A DNA stretch of 64,000 nt, taken from positions 1,568,001 through 1,632,000 of the forward strand of contig OZ220744.1 of NCBI GenBank assembly GCA_965116925.1, in the 5' to 3' direction. Origin of the DNA: Candidatus Poribacteria bacterium (lineage in GTDB: Bacteria > Poribacteria > WGA-4E > PCPOR2b). Below the pieces are notes generated by a model. The model ran no database searches, was not told the origin of the DNA, and saw only the letters and a list, made by a program, of their open reading frames with translations. Shown one piece after another: positions 26,328 to 36,540 of this stretch. The translations under genes and the position numbers were made by a program. Within the stretch, counting starts at the first letter, position 1; every line of letters begins with the position of its first letter.

Positions 26328-29152
26328 TACCGTTGATTGAAACACTCCAAACAAACCTGTGGCTCAAATTCTTGATTGACGCTACGATGAAAAGTCTTGT
26401 GATTTTCGGCACGGCAGGGTTATTTGGATTCATGCTGCGTCGCCATTCAGCGGCGGTACGCAGTTTGGTTTGGAGTTTGGCAATCCTCGGATACCTTATT
26501 GTGCCACTATTTTCACTCGTACTGCCACAATGGAAAGTTGGCGTTCTACCGGCAACGCCGGATGAACTTGAGATAGTCCCGCGGATAAATAACCGGCAGC
26601 CATCTACAGCCTCTGTCCCAATTACGGTGCGTCCGTTATCTTCAAGCACTACGTCATCAACTCAAGCCGCACAGATACCGATTCAACCGAAACATACTAC
26701 CGGTGAAATCGGCAATTCTCAATCGAGTACCTCAAGAATAGGTTTCGCTTCGCTCCATTGGACTGAGTGGATAGCGGTGTGTTGGGCGGCAGGGGCCCTG
26801 TTTCTGATCGCCCGTTTGATAATGGGAATCGGTGCTGTCTGGCAGCTCTCTACCCGCAGCAACAATTTCACAGGTTTAATTCCACACATGCCCCCCAATT
26901 GGAAGAGACCGGTCAGTATCCGCCAGAGCGAAGCAGTTACGGTGCCGATGGTGTGGGGATTGTTTCGCCCGGTGATTTTGCTGCCCGCTGATGTGAGCAA
27001 TTGGTCGATAGAACGGCAACGTGCTGTACTGCTTCACGAATTGGCACATATCCAACGACAAGACTGGTTAATGCAGATGATGGCACAAATAACCTGTGCG
27101 GTGTACTGGTTTAACCCATTCATCTGGTTTGCTGCACGTCGTATGCAGGCGGAGGCGGAACGTGCGTGCGATGATCATGTACTTAATGCGGGGTATCAAT
27201 CAACCGAGTATGCCCAACATCTGCTCGATATTGTCCGAAATATCAAAGCGTTGCGCTCCGTTTCGCGGGCGACTGTGGCAATGGTACGGCAATCCAAAAT
27301 TGAGGGGAGGCTCCGAATGATTCTCGCTAAACGCCGCAATCGGAGGCCAATGACGAAGATCGCTGTAGTGATAGGACTGCTTGCACTGATCTGCTTTGCT
27401 GTACCGATGGGTGTAATGCGGCTGACAGAAGGGGTAGACCCAATTGATGATCCAGCATTGCTGAACGAAACATACGAACATAAGGAACAGATTTATGGCC
27501 TGATGGCTGATGGGACAAGATGGAGGATATATGACCTGCTTCGTGCCGAACTTATCTTGGGGAAACCTGTGCCTGATTTTTCGCACACCAGCTTAGACGG
27601 CATCCCCATATCGTTGAATGATTTGCGAGGTAAAGTAGTCGTGCTCTACTATTGGTCGATAGAATATGATGAATCGGATATATCAAAATTCAAACGATTA
27701 CACAAGAAGCATGGTGAAAACCCTGACTTGATCCTAATTTCTATTTGTGTACAGAGCAGGGCAGCTGAGGGGGAGACAGAGGTGAAACAGTTCGTCGAGA
27801 CACACGGGATGCCGGGGGTTCACCTGCTCCTTAAACCCGAAGCAGTGCCGTACCCATTTGCTGTGAAGGGTTGGCCCTATTATGTGGTCATTGATAAAGC
27901 GGGGATAATCCGCGAGAGTGATCGTGGTTACGCATTGAGTGGTCGTGCGTTAAGAGATTTGGAAGTTGAACAGTTGGTCACAGCACTGTTAGCGGAAGAT
28001 ACGGATGCCTTCGACGAGCGTACCATCCCTCGAATCAGTCAAATCCGTTCTGAATTTTACATATCTCAAGAGCAGCAGGAAAAAGCACTTGCCGAATATG
28101 AAAAACTTCTCGATTTCCTCTATCGAGAACCAGAACAAACGGTTGAGGCAGCAGCGTTAATCGATCGAGCATACGGCCGGATGGTTGAAGCGAGGAATGT
28201 GTCAGGTCCGGGTCCTGATCTTAGTCGTTTCAGAGCTGGGTTAGGACAATTTTTTTCTCATTACGAAGAAGAGTTAGACCAGATCTTCTTGCAGCAATAT
28301 AACACAGATAAGGTAATCGATTCATACGGACAGGTAGGTAAACACCAAGAACACCGAAAACAGTCCTTAGAAAAGTTAGCGCAGCAACCCTTAACTGCTG
28401 ATCAACAACAACTCCTGACTCAACTTCTCAAAAATGATAGGAGCCTAGAGGAAGTCCTGTCAAACGAACCATATTTAGCTTATCTGAAAACGCGATACAG
28501 ACAGGCGTATAAGGATTTTGATGCTTATGTCGCCGCCATGCCAACACCGAGACAGAAAACTGCTATCCGGTCCACGCTTAAATCTGTACTATCCCCAATA
28601 ACAGTTTTATCCTCGCTCCATCCAGTGCCAAAGGCAAAGCAATTACAAATCTGTGTAAATTCGTATTTCGAGGCGCGCGAGTGGCTACTTACCAAGGATA
28701 GCATACCGCCTACTATTGATCATGTGGAAGAGTTTAGAGAGTTTGAGGAGTTTAGCACATTCTTCGGAACATATTTTATCCCTCCAATGGTAGAGATGTA
28801 TCGTGATACACTGCTTGGCATTGATAATAGCTGGACGGACTCGCATATCTTTGGTTTGTATTGGAATGAGTCAAATATGCGTATGATGAGCCAGACCGTG
28901 TATCTTATGGCAGACGATGACATAGCGGTGTTTCAGAATGCCTTTCGTGAGCGTTTGGAAAAATTTGGCTCGCGGGAAGGACTGCTCCGGTGCGCGATTG
29001 GGTTCCCCGATGATTTCGCGCTTATGCGTTCGTTTTTTGAAGATGCCATGGCACTGGAAAAATGGATTTTAGAACCCCCATCTCCTCCTAAGAGGGAAAG
29101 ATGGTTACTCCGCTTAGCTCCTTCTGAGGAAGAATCGGAAACAGGACAATGA
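26324..29152 (+). CDS. Second M56 metallopeptidase fused to a CXXC-less TlpA-like domain and a helical C-terminus
   Basis: HELAH, ERACDD; PDFSHTSLDG...LRGKVVVLYYW...WPYYVVIDKAG. Confidence 0.88.
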   Translation: MIPLIETLQTNLWLKFLIDATMKSLVIFGTAGLFGFMLRRHSAAVRSLVWSLAILGYLIVPLFSLVLPQWKVGVLPATPDELEIVPRINNRQPSTASVPITVRPLSSSTTSSTQAAQIPIQPKHTTGEIGNSQSSTSRIGFASLHWTEWIAVCWAAGALFLIARLIMGIGAVWQLSTRSNNFTGLIPHMPPNWKRPVSIRQSEAVTVPMVWGLFRPVILLPADVSNWSIERQRAVLLHELAHIQRQDWLMQMMAQITCAVYWFNPFIWFAARRMQAEAERACDDHVLNAGYQSTEYAQHLLDIVRNIKALRSVSRATVAMVRQSKIEGRLRMILAKRRNRRPMTKIAVVIGLLALICFAVPMGVMRLTEGVDPIDDPALLNETYEHKEQIYGLMADGTRWRIYDLLRAELILGKPVPDFSHTSLDGIPISLNDLRGKVVVLYYWSIEYDESDISKFKRLHKKHGENPDLILISICVQSRAAEGETEVKQFVETHGMPGVHLLLKPEAVPYPFAVKGWPYYVVIDKAGIIRESDRGYALSGRALRDLEVEQLVTALLAEDTDAFDERTIPRISQIRSEFYISQEQQEKALAEYEKLLDFLYREPEQTVEAAALIDRAYGRMVEARNVSGPGPDLSRFRAGLGQFFSHYEEELDQIFLQQYNTDKVIDSYGQVGKHQEHRKQSLEKLAQQPLTADQQQLLTQLLKNDRSLEEVLSNEPYLAYLKTRYRQAYKDFDAYVAAMPTPRQKTAIRSTLKSVLSPITVLSSLHPVPKAKQLQICVNSYFEAREWLLTKDSIPPTIDHVEEFREFEEFSTFFGTYFIPPMVEMYRDTLLGIDNSWTDSHIFGLYWNESNMRMMSQTVYLMADDDIAVFQNAFRERLEKFGSREGLLRCAIGFPDDFALMRSFFEDAMALEKWILEPPSPPKRERWLLRLAPSEEESETGQ

Positions 29153-29243
29153 AACTTACCAATTAAAGCTCTACCAACTCCCCCACCTCTCTCTCTATTC
29201 CCAATCTCAGTACTTAGACAACTTCAAAAAAGTGTTACGGTTT

Positions 29244-29272
29244 TTGACTTTTTGTAAGGCGTGATATATACT
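29244..29272 (+). promoter_or_regulatory. sigma70-like promoter
   Basis: TTGACT-17-TATACT upstream of the 1995-aa gene. Confidence 0.6.
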
Positions 29273-29343
29273 CTTACCGTTTGCTTCATCTGGACTGTAT
29301 TCAAACAGATCGTGTTTCACGACTGTAAGGAGATCTGACGCCT

Positions 29344-32300
29344 ATGATAAAGTATCTGATACTCGGTGGAAGTGCGCTGCTTCTCGGATTCCTGTTTTTC
29401 CCGCGTGGAGAGGTTGTCTCGGTTGACGATCAAGATTTTATTGCACCTGTTCGCACTCTTGAGAATGAACCACTCCACTATACCGGCATTCTGCGAACGG
29501 ATCCGATTGTCACTACATACGATTTAGGTTTTGTGTATAGAATTGATAAAGCAGAAATCCGCTTTGAGAACCCCGATGAGAGTGGGCCTCGGCAGTATGA
29601 CCTCCTTGTTCACACCGATAGAGCCGGGCAGCGGTTTGAACGCGCATTTTCGTATACGGGCAGTTCCCGCGAATATACATATCCCCGACAAGCATTCCCC
29701 CTTCCGATTGAAGCACGCTGGGTGCAGGTCGTCATCAACGACTGGTTCAGCAGTAAGCCACAGCTGCAAAAAGATGCGTTTCGCGTCGCTCCCCGCTATC
29801 AATCCCATAGCCCAATTTTAGTACTCGAAGCAAACTACAATATCGCTGAACTCCAGCGATTGACAGACCTGCTTCCCTTTGAAAACTCCAGATGGATTGG
29901 GGCGCAACGGGTCGAAAAAGAGATAACACAGGGAGATGGAAAAAAGGTGATGGAAATCTCCTATAGGGCCCCAACAAGTTCGATTCAAGTGATTGGCGAT
30001 CTCGGATCCAATCAGCAGATCTACGGTATGCGTCTGACAACAGATGGCCCCGGAAACAATCTCAAGCGGTATCAATTTTCTGTCAGCGAAGACGGACAAG
30101 AGTATACAGAGATCTATGTATCGCGCACGCTTGCTGATGAGACGGTCACACATCTGCGTCAATTCCAGCCGGCAATATCGGGACGCTACATCCGCCTGCA
30201 CATTGAACAGGGGGATTGGTATGGAGATTATCCTGAGATTCGAGAGTTTGAGGTTTTCACGGACACTTACCGACCTTCGCCTCCCATTGACGACAAACTA
30301 GACGAATACAACGCCGTGCAGATGCACTATGAAAACTTGGGTGAAAGTGGAAACACCCTTGCTCCACATCTGATTCAAGGCTTCGCGTATGATAGGGATA
30401 CAGGTGATGAAAATCGCTACCTCCTACCAGAGGGCGACGCATCAAATGCGGTGGAGGTGGGGAATACATCGAGCCAGAGGAGTTTCGCTTACCATTATGA
30501 TACCGTTAGGGTCAGATTCAGAGATCTACAGCCCTCGCTGCTATACTGGACAAAAGTGACCTATCTTCAAGAAAAAGGTGGGACTCGGATACAGAACCTT
30601 GATGTTGACGGATTTCTGCTGCACGATGCACTTGCACTTCCGAAAAGCAGGGCAAAGTCCTACACCTACGCAATACCGAGTGAGGCTTATGCGGATGGCG
30701 AAATTGTTCTCAACTTTAATCGTTTGACGGGACCAAATGCAGTGGTTTCGGAGGTATCTATCCTTGAAGCCAATCCAACCACCGGAGCGGTCAGTGCTAG
30801 CACTGAATCAGAGGCATCTTATGACGAAACAATCGGGCAGGCGGTTCGTATGAGCGAAAAAGTTGTAATTGATGGAACGCTAGATGAATGGCCCCTGCTT
30901 TACCCAATGCTTCCTCAAAACTACGACACCCCTGCGGACTCCCCTGTGGTACTCTATGCCCAGTGGGACGATGATAACCTGTATATCGCAGGAGTTGCCA
31001 ACCGACACGCTGAACCGCCTCCGACGCCTCGAAAAGCGAACGGGGACGAGGCATTGCATCTATTTGTCGATACGATGTGGACGCAATCTCCGGGGATGTA
31101 TACTCCCAGCGAGCACCACTTCGTCTTTACTATCCATAATCCAGATCGTCCACAACCTCGGGTCCATCCATCGCAAATACACCATCACCTAGATGCTATT
31201 CCGAAAAACATCGACTTTCACAAGGATATTGAAGTCCAAGCTGCGAAAACAGAGAAGGGGTATATCCTTGAAGCTAGGATTCCCAGAGGTCTGGTGTTAA
31301 ATGCGTTTGAACCGGCGATTGATCGCTCTATCGGCTTTAACTACATCATGACCAACCTCAAGCTGACGAAGGGACCATCTGGTTGGTTCGCTTACGCTTC
31401 GGACGAATTCACCGCCCCCCCAAACCGCTGGAATGAAGTTGAACTTGTCAATCGAATCAGCGGAGATGTCGTGTTAATGGATGATCGTGCAACCCAACCG
31501 CTCTCGTCGTTTAACGCTGGCGACACGCTGACCCTCTGTGTGTGGGACGCCGACCGAAATACCGATCGGCATCAGGTAGAATTAATTGAAGCAGAATTAC
31601 GAAATGATACAACCGGACAGTTGATACCAATTACTCTCCATGAGTCTAACTCTGCCGCGCTAGCAGACGATAATTCGGATAACGATTTCGGCAAGAACAG
31701 TTCCCTCTTTGCTGCGAAGATTTCCACCGCTTATGGTAGTAATGAAGAAGATGACATAGATTCACAAATACTTTTTGTTCGCGGTGAGGAGACAGTGTCC
31801 TTGAAATACATCGATCCGTACTATAGCAGCACCCAACGTGACCAAATAGTGAGTAGCACTGTGAAAGTAAACACTGGATCGACCGGGACAATTGCAATCA
31901 CCACGAAATCTAGCGAACCAATCGAGGCATTTGAGCTTGGTGAAACTCTTTACATACAGGTTGAAGATCCCGATCTACTCAAAGCAATCGACAAACCGGT
32001 TAATGAAGGGGATTCAGCGGATCAAGCGGTTAATACATCAACACTACACCGTACAGAGATAGCTGTCAGGTGTATTGTACCAGAGATGCAAGAGGTTGAA
32101 TCTGTAAAACTGACCTACCAGCCGGAGGAAGGACGCTATGTTGGATCGGTAGTTACAGGCTACAATGAAGCCCCCGCGTCGAATAATGGTCTTCTGGAAG
32201 CGTTGGGTGCACAAAGGGTGGTAGCAATTTATTTGGATGAGATCCAAGTAACCGGCGAGACAGCCGTCCCGGTTAGCGCGCAGGTAGGCACCGTCATCGG

Positions 32301-35300
32301 CGACACAGGGCGAATCGAATTAGGGTTGACAGACCGTCTCCTGTTATTGGACAATCAAAAATTTTTCAAGGCAGGCAGCACACTGAATGTCCTGTTGCGA
32401 GACATAGATTTGAGCCGCAATGAGAATCAGTGGGAAACCGTCAATGTTTTATTGAACGGCGATCGGCTCAAGGACCGGTATCAACTCAGCTTGAAAGAGG
32501 CACATGATGTTTCGGGTCAATTCACAGGGACATTTGAGACCCAGTATGCGACAGACGCAAACCGGTCCAACGATGTGCTTGAAGTCACAGGCAATGAGGT
32601 TATAACAGTCAGCTATGTTGACGCACTAGCTGGGTCTGGAAACACACAAGTCACGGTCACAGACACAGCGCAGGTCAGGGCTGGAAAAAATGGGGTGCTC
32701 GACATCCTCAAAGCGAATTACGTCACCAATTTGGAAAACTTTAACGCAGGCGACAGACTCTACTTTCGTCTCCACGACACAGACATCACTGATGAATTCG
32801 TTGAAATCACGCTTGTTGGAGAAACGCTGAAAGATCGAGAAACAGTTCGGTTGTTCCAATCGATGGAGGAAGGGACCCGCATCTACCCTGTCGAAGGAAC
32901 TTTCTTCGGTTTAATCCAAACTGCCTACGGTACACAGCGTCAAGAGAACGACGGGATCTTGCAGGTGGGAGGAACAGAGCAGGTACAAGCCATCTATATC
33001 GATGATCTGCAATCAACGGGTGAAACCAACGTGGCATTTCATGATAGTTGTGAGGCGAATGTTGGCATCACCGGGAAGCTCAAAGTCTATAACAAGAACA
33101 ATTTTGATTATGCCTTGGCTCAAAATCTTGAGGCATCAAGTTTCCGAGCCGGTGATACGTTGATTTTGGAAATCCAAGACGCCGATCTGGCTGGCACAGC
33201 TGTAATTGTACAGCTGCTTGAGACCGATTTCACCGAAGTTGCAGTTAGGGATAGTACCAGTGTGACGTTGGCTAAAACAGCAGATAGTGTGGACATTTTT
33301 CGCGGTGAGATTAGAACTATCTACGGTAATAACCCTATTTTAGACGATAATATCTTGCAGGTACAGGGCGAAGGGGTTGTGATATGCACTTATATTGATG
33401 CCCTACAGAACACAGGGGCAACCTTAGTGCCTATTCAAGAGAGGCTTTCTGTCGAAACGGGCGATAAAGGTGAATTGGAAATCTATAGCGCAGACAGTGG
33501 TGTGATTATCAGCGGTTCTGCTGTGGGCACCGGCAGCTTCAACGTGGGTGAAAGGTTGAGAATACGCTTAACAGATAAGGATCTGAATCTATCTCCAACG
33601 GTGTCCGACAGTGCGAAGGTGACAGTTTGGGGCAATGTCGTTGCTGATAATGTTCAGATAACCGTACGTGAGACATCAATCGACAGTACCGTTTTTGAGG
33701 GTAATCTTCTGACCCAAAAAGGAGAATCGTCAATCATTGAGGGCGACACACCAATCGGTACAGATGAAATCCTACAAATCACGGACAAAGAGGTTATCAC
33801 CGCTGTATATATCGACAGAATTACTGCAACCGGCGAAACGGAAGTTCAGACCCAAACCCAAGCTGTTGTGTTGGGCAGCAGTGCGGGCATGCTGCGCATC
33901 GTTGATGCACACATCATCAATTCGTTGTTTAACCCCGACGCGGCAACTCCTATCTTCACGGCAGCACCGAAAGATTTCGCATCAACCCATGAATTAGGTA
34001 GTTTTGACGCCGGTCAGATAATCTACTTCTGGCTGGAAGATCTGCTTCTTAGCACGGTCATTGAAGCCGATGAAGTCAAGATTACGGTTACCGGTGACAA
34101 AACAAAGGATGCGGTTGAAGTTACACTTCGTAAAAAGTTGGGTGCTGAAGGAATTTTTACCGGCTCGGTTCCGACCCGCTATGGCACCGCCCCGGTTGCG
34201 GATGAAACTCTGGACGTACAAGGTGACGAAGAGATACGAGCAACCTATACCCCTAATTTTCTAGGGGTAAACTACCCTGTCGTCGAAGATTTCGCTTACG
34301 CCAACAAGGGGGTTGCTGGGTATCTCGCAATCACTCGGCGCGACGGGACACCGGTTCGGCACTTTAATGTAGGAATTCCCCTCCATTTTCGACTGGAGGA
34401 CGCAGATCTGAATCTCAATTCCTTTGAAGTTGAATCGACAACGCTAAAGGTTGTGACAGAAGCACAGGAAACATCAATTACGCTCTATGAGGAGAACGCC
34501 AATTCCCCCATCTTCCGAGGACAGATTTTTACACAGTATGGGCGAGCAATAATCGACGAATCAGCGTCTGCTTTGGAAATGGGGGATGAATCGCCAATCC
34601 TTAGACTGGTTGGTGGTGATACTGTCAGGGCAACTTATGAAGATAGACTTACGGATACGGGCAAAACCAACGTTGAAATCAGTATAAGCTGTCGCGCAAA
34701 TTTTATTGCTTGGGCACCGCATACAAATCGGCCGGTGTTGATTGATGGCCATGAAGACGGTTGGCCCCTTGAAAAAGTCATCAAAACCTCCCAAGATGAA
34801 GGGCTGCTCTGGTTGCAGTGGGACCGAGATAACCTTTATCTGCTCGCACAGATCTATGATGAAAATGTGGTCGTGCCAGATGTCATCGAATATTACCGCG
34901 ATGCAGATGCGCTGGAACTGCACATAGATCTGCAGCCGGACGCGGTCAAAAAGCCGAACTACTTGCAGATGGAACACGATCCGAACCGGTATGTGATTTG
35001 GATATGTCCAAAAGGAGGTGGTTTCCACGGAGACCGCCCCTATATCGGGCAGGGAGCACCCGAATTTATCCCGAACTATCAAGCAGCAAATCTCGATGTC
35101 GCAGTGAGGCAGCAGACGAATTATTATATTATAGAGGCGCGCATCCCATTTTTCCCTGTACTTCGCGGATTTCATCCCCTGAAAACCAGACATCATAACC
35201 GCATCGGCTTCAACTTTGTCATCCACCGATCCAACAATCAAGCGATCTACTGGGCAGCGCAGATACCAGAGGCGGGGCCCGTGTTTCCAAGCGATTTGGG

Positions 35301-35331
35301 ACTACTAATTTTGGAATCACCGGTGCCTTAA
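29344..35331 (+). CDS. Giant secreted/anchored protein: discoidin-like domains, two CBM9-like sugar-binding domains and eight ~130-aa beta-rich repeats
   Basis: N-terminal hydrophobic segment; IDGxxDxWP...QWDxDNLY x2; repeats FxxGxxLxxxxxDxD...FxG...T.YG...L.V.G.E...Y.D. Confidence 0.8.
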   Translation: MIKYLILGGSALLLGFLFFPRGEVVSVDDQDFIAPVRTLENEPLHYTGILRTDPIVTTYDLGFVYRIDKAEIRFENPDESGPRQYDLLVHTDRAGQRFERAFSYTGSSREYTYPRQAFPLPIEARWVQVVINDWFSSKPQLQKDAFRVAPRYQSHSPILVLEANYNIAELQRLTDLLPFENSRWIGAQRVEKEITQGDGKKVMEISYRAPTSSIQVIGDLGSNQQIYGMRLTTDGPGNNLKRYQFSVSEDGQEYTEIYVSRTLADETVTHLRQFQPAISGRYIRLHIEQGDWYGDYPEIREFEVFTDTYRPSPPIDDKLDEYNAVQMHYENLGESGNTLAPHLIQGFAYDRDTGDENRYLLPEGDASNAVEVGNTSSQRSFAYHYDTVRVRFRDLQPSLLYWTKVTYLQEKGGTRIQNLDVDGFLLHDALALPKSRAKSYTYAIPSEAYADGEIVLNFNRLTGPNAVVSEVSILEANPTTGAVSASTESEASYDETIGQAVRMSEKVVIDGTLDEWPLLYPMLPQNYDTPADSPVVLYAQWDDDNLYIAGVANRHAEPPPTPRKANGDEALHLFVDTMWTQSPGMYTPSEHHFVFTIHNPDRPQPRVHPSQIHHHLDAIPKNIDFHKDIEVQAAKTEKGYILEARIPRGLVLNAFEPAIDRSIGFNYIMTNLKLTKGPSGWFAYASDEFTAPPNRWNEVELVNRISGDVVLMDDRATQPLSSFNAGDTLTLCVWDADRNTDRHQVELIEAELRNDTTGQLIPITLHESNSAALADDNSDNDFGKNSSLFAAKISTAYGSNEEDDIDSQILFVRGEETVSLKYIDPYYSSTQRDQIVSSTVKVNTGSTGTIAITTKSSEPIEAFELGETLYIQVEDPDLLKAIDKPVNEGDSADQAVNTSTLHRTEIAVRCIVPEMQEVESVKLTYQPEEGRYVGSVVTGYNEAPASNNGLLEALGAQRVVAIYLDEIQVTGETAVPVSAQVGTVIGDTGRIELGLTDRLLLLDNQKFFKAGSTLNVLLRDIDLSRNENQWETVNVLLNGDRLKDRYQLSLKEAHDVSGQFTGTFETQYATDANRSNDVLEVTGNEVITVSYVDALAGSGNTQVTVTDTAQVRAGKNGVLDILKANYVTNLENFNAGDRLYFRLHDTDITDEFVEITLVGETLKDRETVRLFQSMEEGTRIYPVEGTFFGLIQTAYGTQRQENDGILQVGGTEQVQAIYIDDLQSTGETNVAFHDSCEANVGITGKLKVYNKNNFDYALAQNLEASSFRAGDTLILEIQDADLAGTAVIVQLLETDFTEVAVRDSTSVTLAKTADSVDIFRGEIRTIYGNNPILDDNILQVQGEGVVICTYIDALQNTGATLVPIQERLSVETGDKGELEIYSADSGVIISGSAVGTGSFNVGERLRIRLTDKDLNLSPTVSDSAKVTVWGNVVADNVQITVRETSIDSTVFEGNLLTQKGESSIIEGDTPIGTDEILQITDKEVITAVYIDRITATGETEVQTQTQAVVLGSSAGMLRIVDAHIINSLFNPDAATPIFTAAPKDFASTHELGSFDAGQIIYFWLEDLLLSTVIEADEVKITVTGDKTKDAVEVTLRKKLGAEGIFTGSVPTRYGTAPVADETLDVQGDEEIRATYTPNFLGVNYPVVEDFAYANKGVAGYLAITRRDGTPVRHFNVGIPLHFRLEDADLNLNSFEVESTTLKVVTEAQETSITLYEENANSPIFRGQIFTQYGRAIIDESASALEMGDESPILRLVGGDTVRATYEDRLTDTGKTNVEISISCRANFIAWAPHTNRPVLIDGHEDGWPLEKVIKTSQDEGLLWLQWDRDNLYLLAQIYDENVVVPDVIEYYRDADALELHIDLQPDAVKKPNYLQMEHDPNRYVIWICPKGGGFHGDRPYIGQGAPEFIPNYQAANLDVAVRQQTNYYIIEARIPFFPVLRGFHPLKTRHHNRIGFNFVIHRSNNQAIYWAAQIPEAGPVFPSDLGLLILESPVP

Positions 35332-35386
35332 ATCGCACACTTTAACTTATAATCCCAATCTGCAATCAACAATAAGAATCTCAACG

Positions 35387-35550
35387 ATGAGATGAAGATA
35401 AAATGTAATTGCTTGTAACTGTTTGTAATTCGATTGGCGGGCATGACGAAACGTTTCATGCTGAAATAGGGACAATTTTCCCATTTGCGCGGGAAAAATG
35501 GGAAAATTTGATTTTCGCACGGAAAACGTAACCTTTTTAATCTCACTCAT
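35387..35550. mobile_element. Family E-related element with different cargo
   Basis: Ends ATGAGATGAAGATAAAA / TTTTAATCTCACTCAT; internal hairpin AATTTTCCCATTT...AAATGGGAAAATT. Confidence 0.5.
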
Positions 35551-35587
35551 GCTACCTTAACACCTCATCTTTTAACTGCGTAAGTCC

Positions 35588-35736
35588 TAGGGCTATTTAG
35601 TTTTCCGTTTTTTAACCGATTTTGAAACGACCCGAGTCCGTAGGCGGGGCATTCCCGATAAATCGGGATCCAAAGCGACTTGCCCCGCCGTAGCCTTGAT
35701 AGGAACATTGAGTCACGCGAGAATTAAATGACCCTA
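35588..35736. mobile_element. Family D MITE inserted into a family C end
   Basis: Direct repeat GTAAGTCC at 35580-35587 and 35737-35744; homologous to 10759-10881. Confidence 0.85.
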
Positions 35737-35753
35737 GTAAGTCCTATTTTTTA

Positions 35754-35782
35754 TTGACGCTGTTGGTCTGAAGTGATATGAT
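35754..35782 (+). promoter_or_regulatory. sigma70-like promoter for mobA-moeA
   Basis: TTGACG-17-TATGAT. Confidence 0.55.
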
Positions 35783-35895
35783 GAGATTTCATGCGTGTTG
35801 ACAAGCGCAGGGCTTGGGTCATTGGGGCATTTTATAGCGGGTTGAGGCTGTGCACCTCCGTTTTGCTCAGAACACAGAATATTGGAATCTCATGA

Positions 35896-36540
35896 ATGAT
35901 TATGGAAGCTGCTAACCCCCTAGTTACAGGCGTTATACTTGCCGGTGGACGGAGCCGCCGGATGGGGCAGAACAAGGCGTTGATGCGTTTGAGAGATGAG
36001 CCACTTATCGCACATGTCATCCGCCAAATGGAATCGGTCGCGGATGAGCTCCTACTGATCACAAATGAACGGGATCTATATACAGACCTGAAGCTGCCGA
36101 TGTACGCAGATATAGTACCGGACATGGGGGCATTGGGTGGGCTCCACACAGGGCTGGCTTACGCCGCAAACAGTACCGTGATCTGTGTTGGCTGCGATAT
36201 GCCGCTGTTGCAGCCGAACCTTCTATCTCATCTAGTCACCCTCCTCGGTAATCATGATGCCGTAGTTCCCTGTGTTCAATCGACGGACCGGTTTACCCCC
36301 GTCTTTCAAACCTTGTCGGCTGTTTATTCCAAGCGGTGTTTACCTATTATTGATGAAATGCTGGCAGTCGGCGAACTGCGCGTTCATGCGCTGTACGATC
36401 GCATTGATGCTCGGATTGTCCAACCGCATGAATGGCGGGCGTTTGATCCACGGGGGCTTTCATTTTTTAACATTAATACACCTGAAGACTTTGAAAAGGC
36501 GAATAAATATATGGGAGAAAACCGTCATGTTAACAGTTGA
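35896..36540 (+). CDS. mobA: Molybdenum cofactor guanylyltransferase
   Basis: ILAGGRSRRMGQNKA, GALGGL, CDMP, FFNINTPED. Confidence 0.93.
   Translation: MIMEAANPLVTGVILAGGRSRRMGQNKALMRLRDEPLIAHVIRQMESVADELLLITNERDLYTDLKLPMYADIVPDMGALGGLHTGLAYAANSTVICVGCDMPLLQPNLLSHLVTLLGNHDAVVPCVQSTDRFTPVFQTLSAVYSKRCLPIIDEMLAVGELRVHALYDRIDARIVQPHEWRAFDPRGLSFFNINTPEDFEKANKYMGENRHVNS

Noticed and set aside
35785..35895. Moco riboswitch upstream of mobA-moeA
   Set aside because: I could not find the characteristic conserved motifs or a convincing fold by eye.
36272..36526. Long N-terminal extension of MoeA in the ORF track
   Set aside because: It overlaps mobA; MoeA homology and the RBS fit ATG 36527. Similar over-extended starts were trimmed for several other genes.
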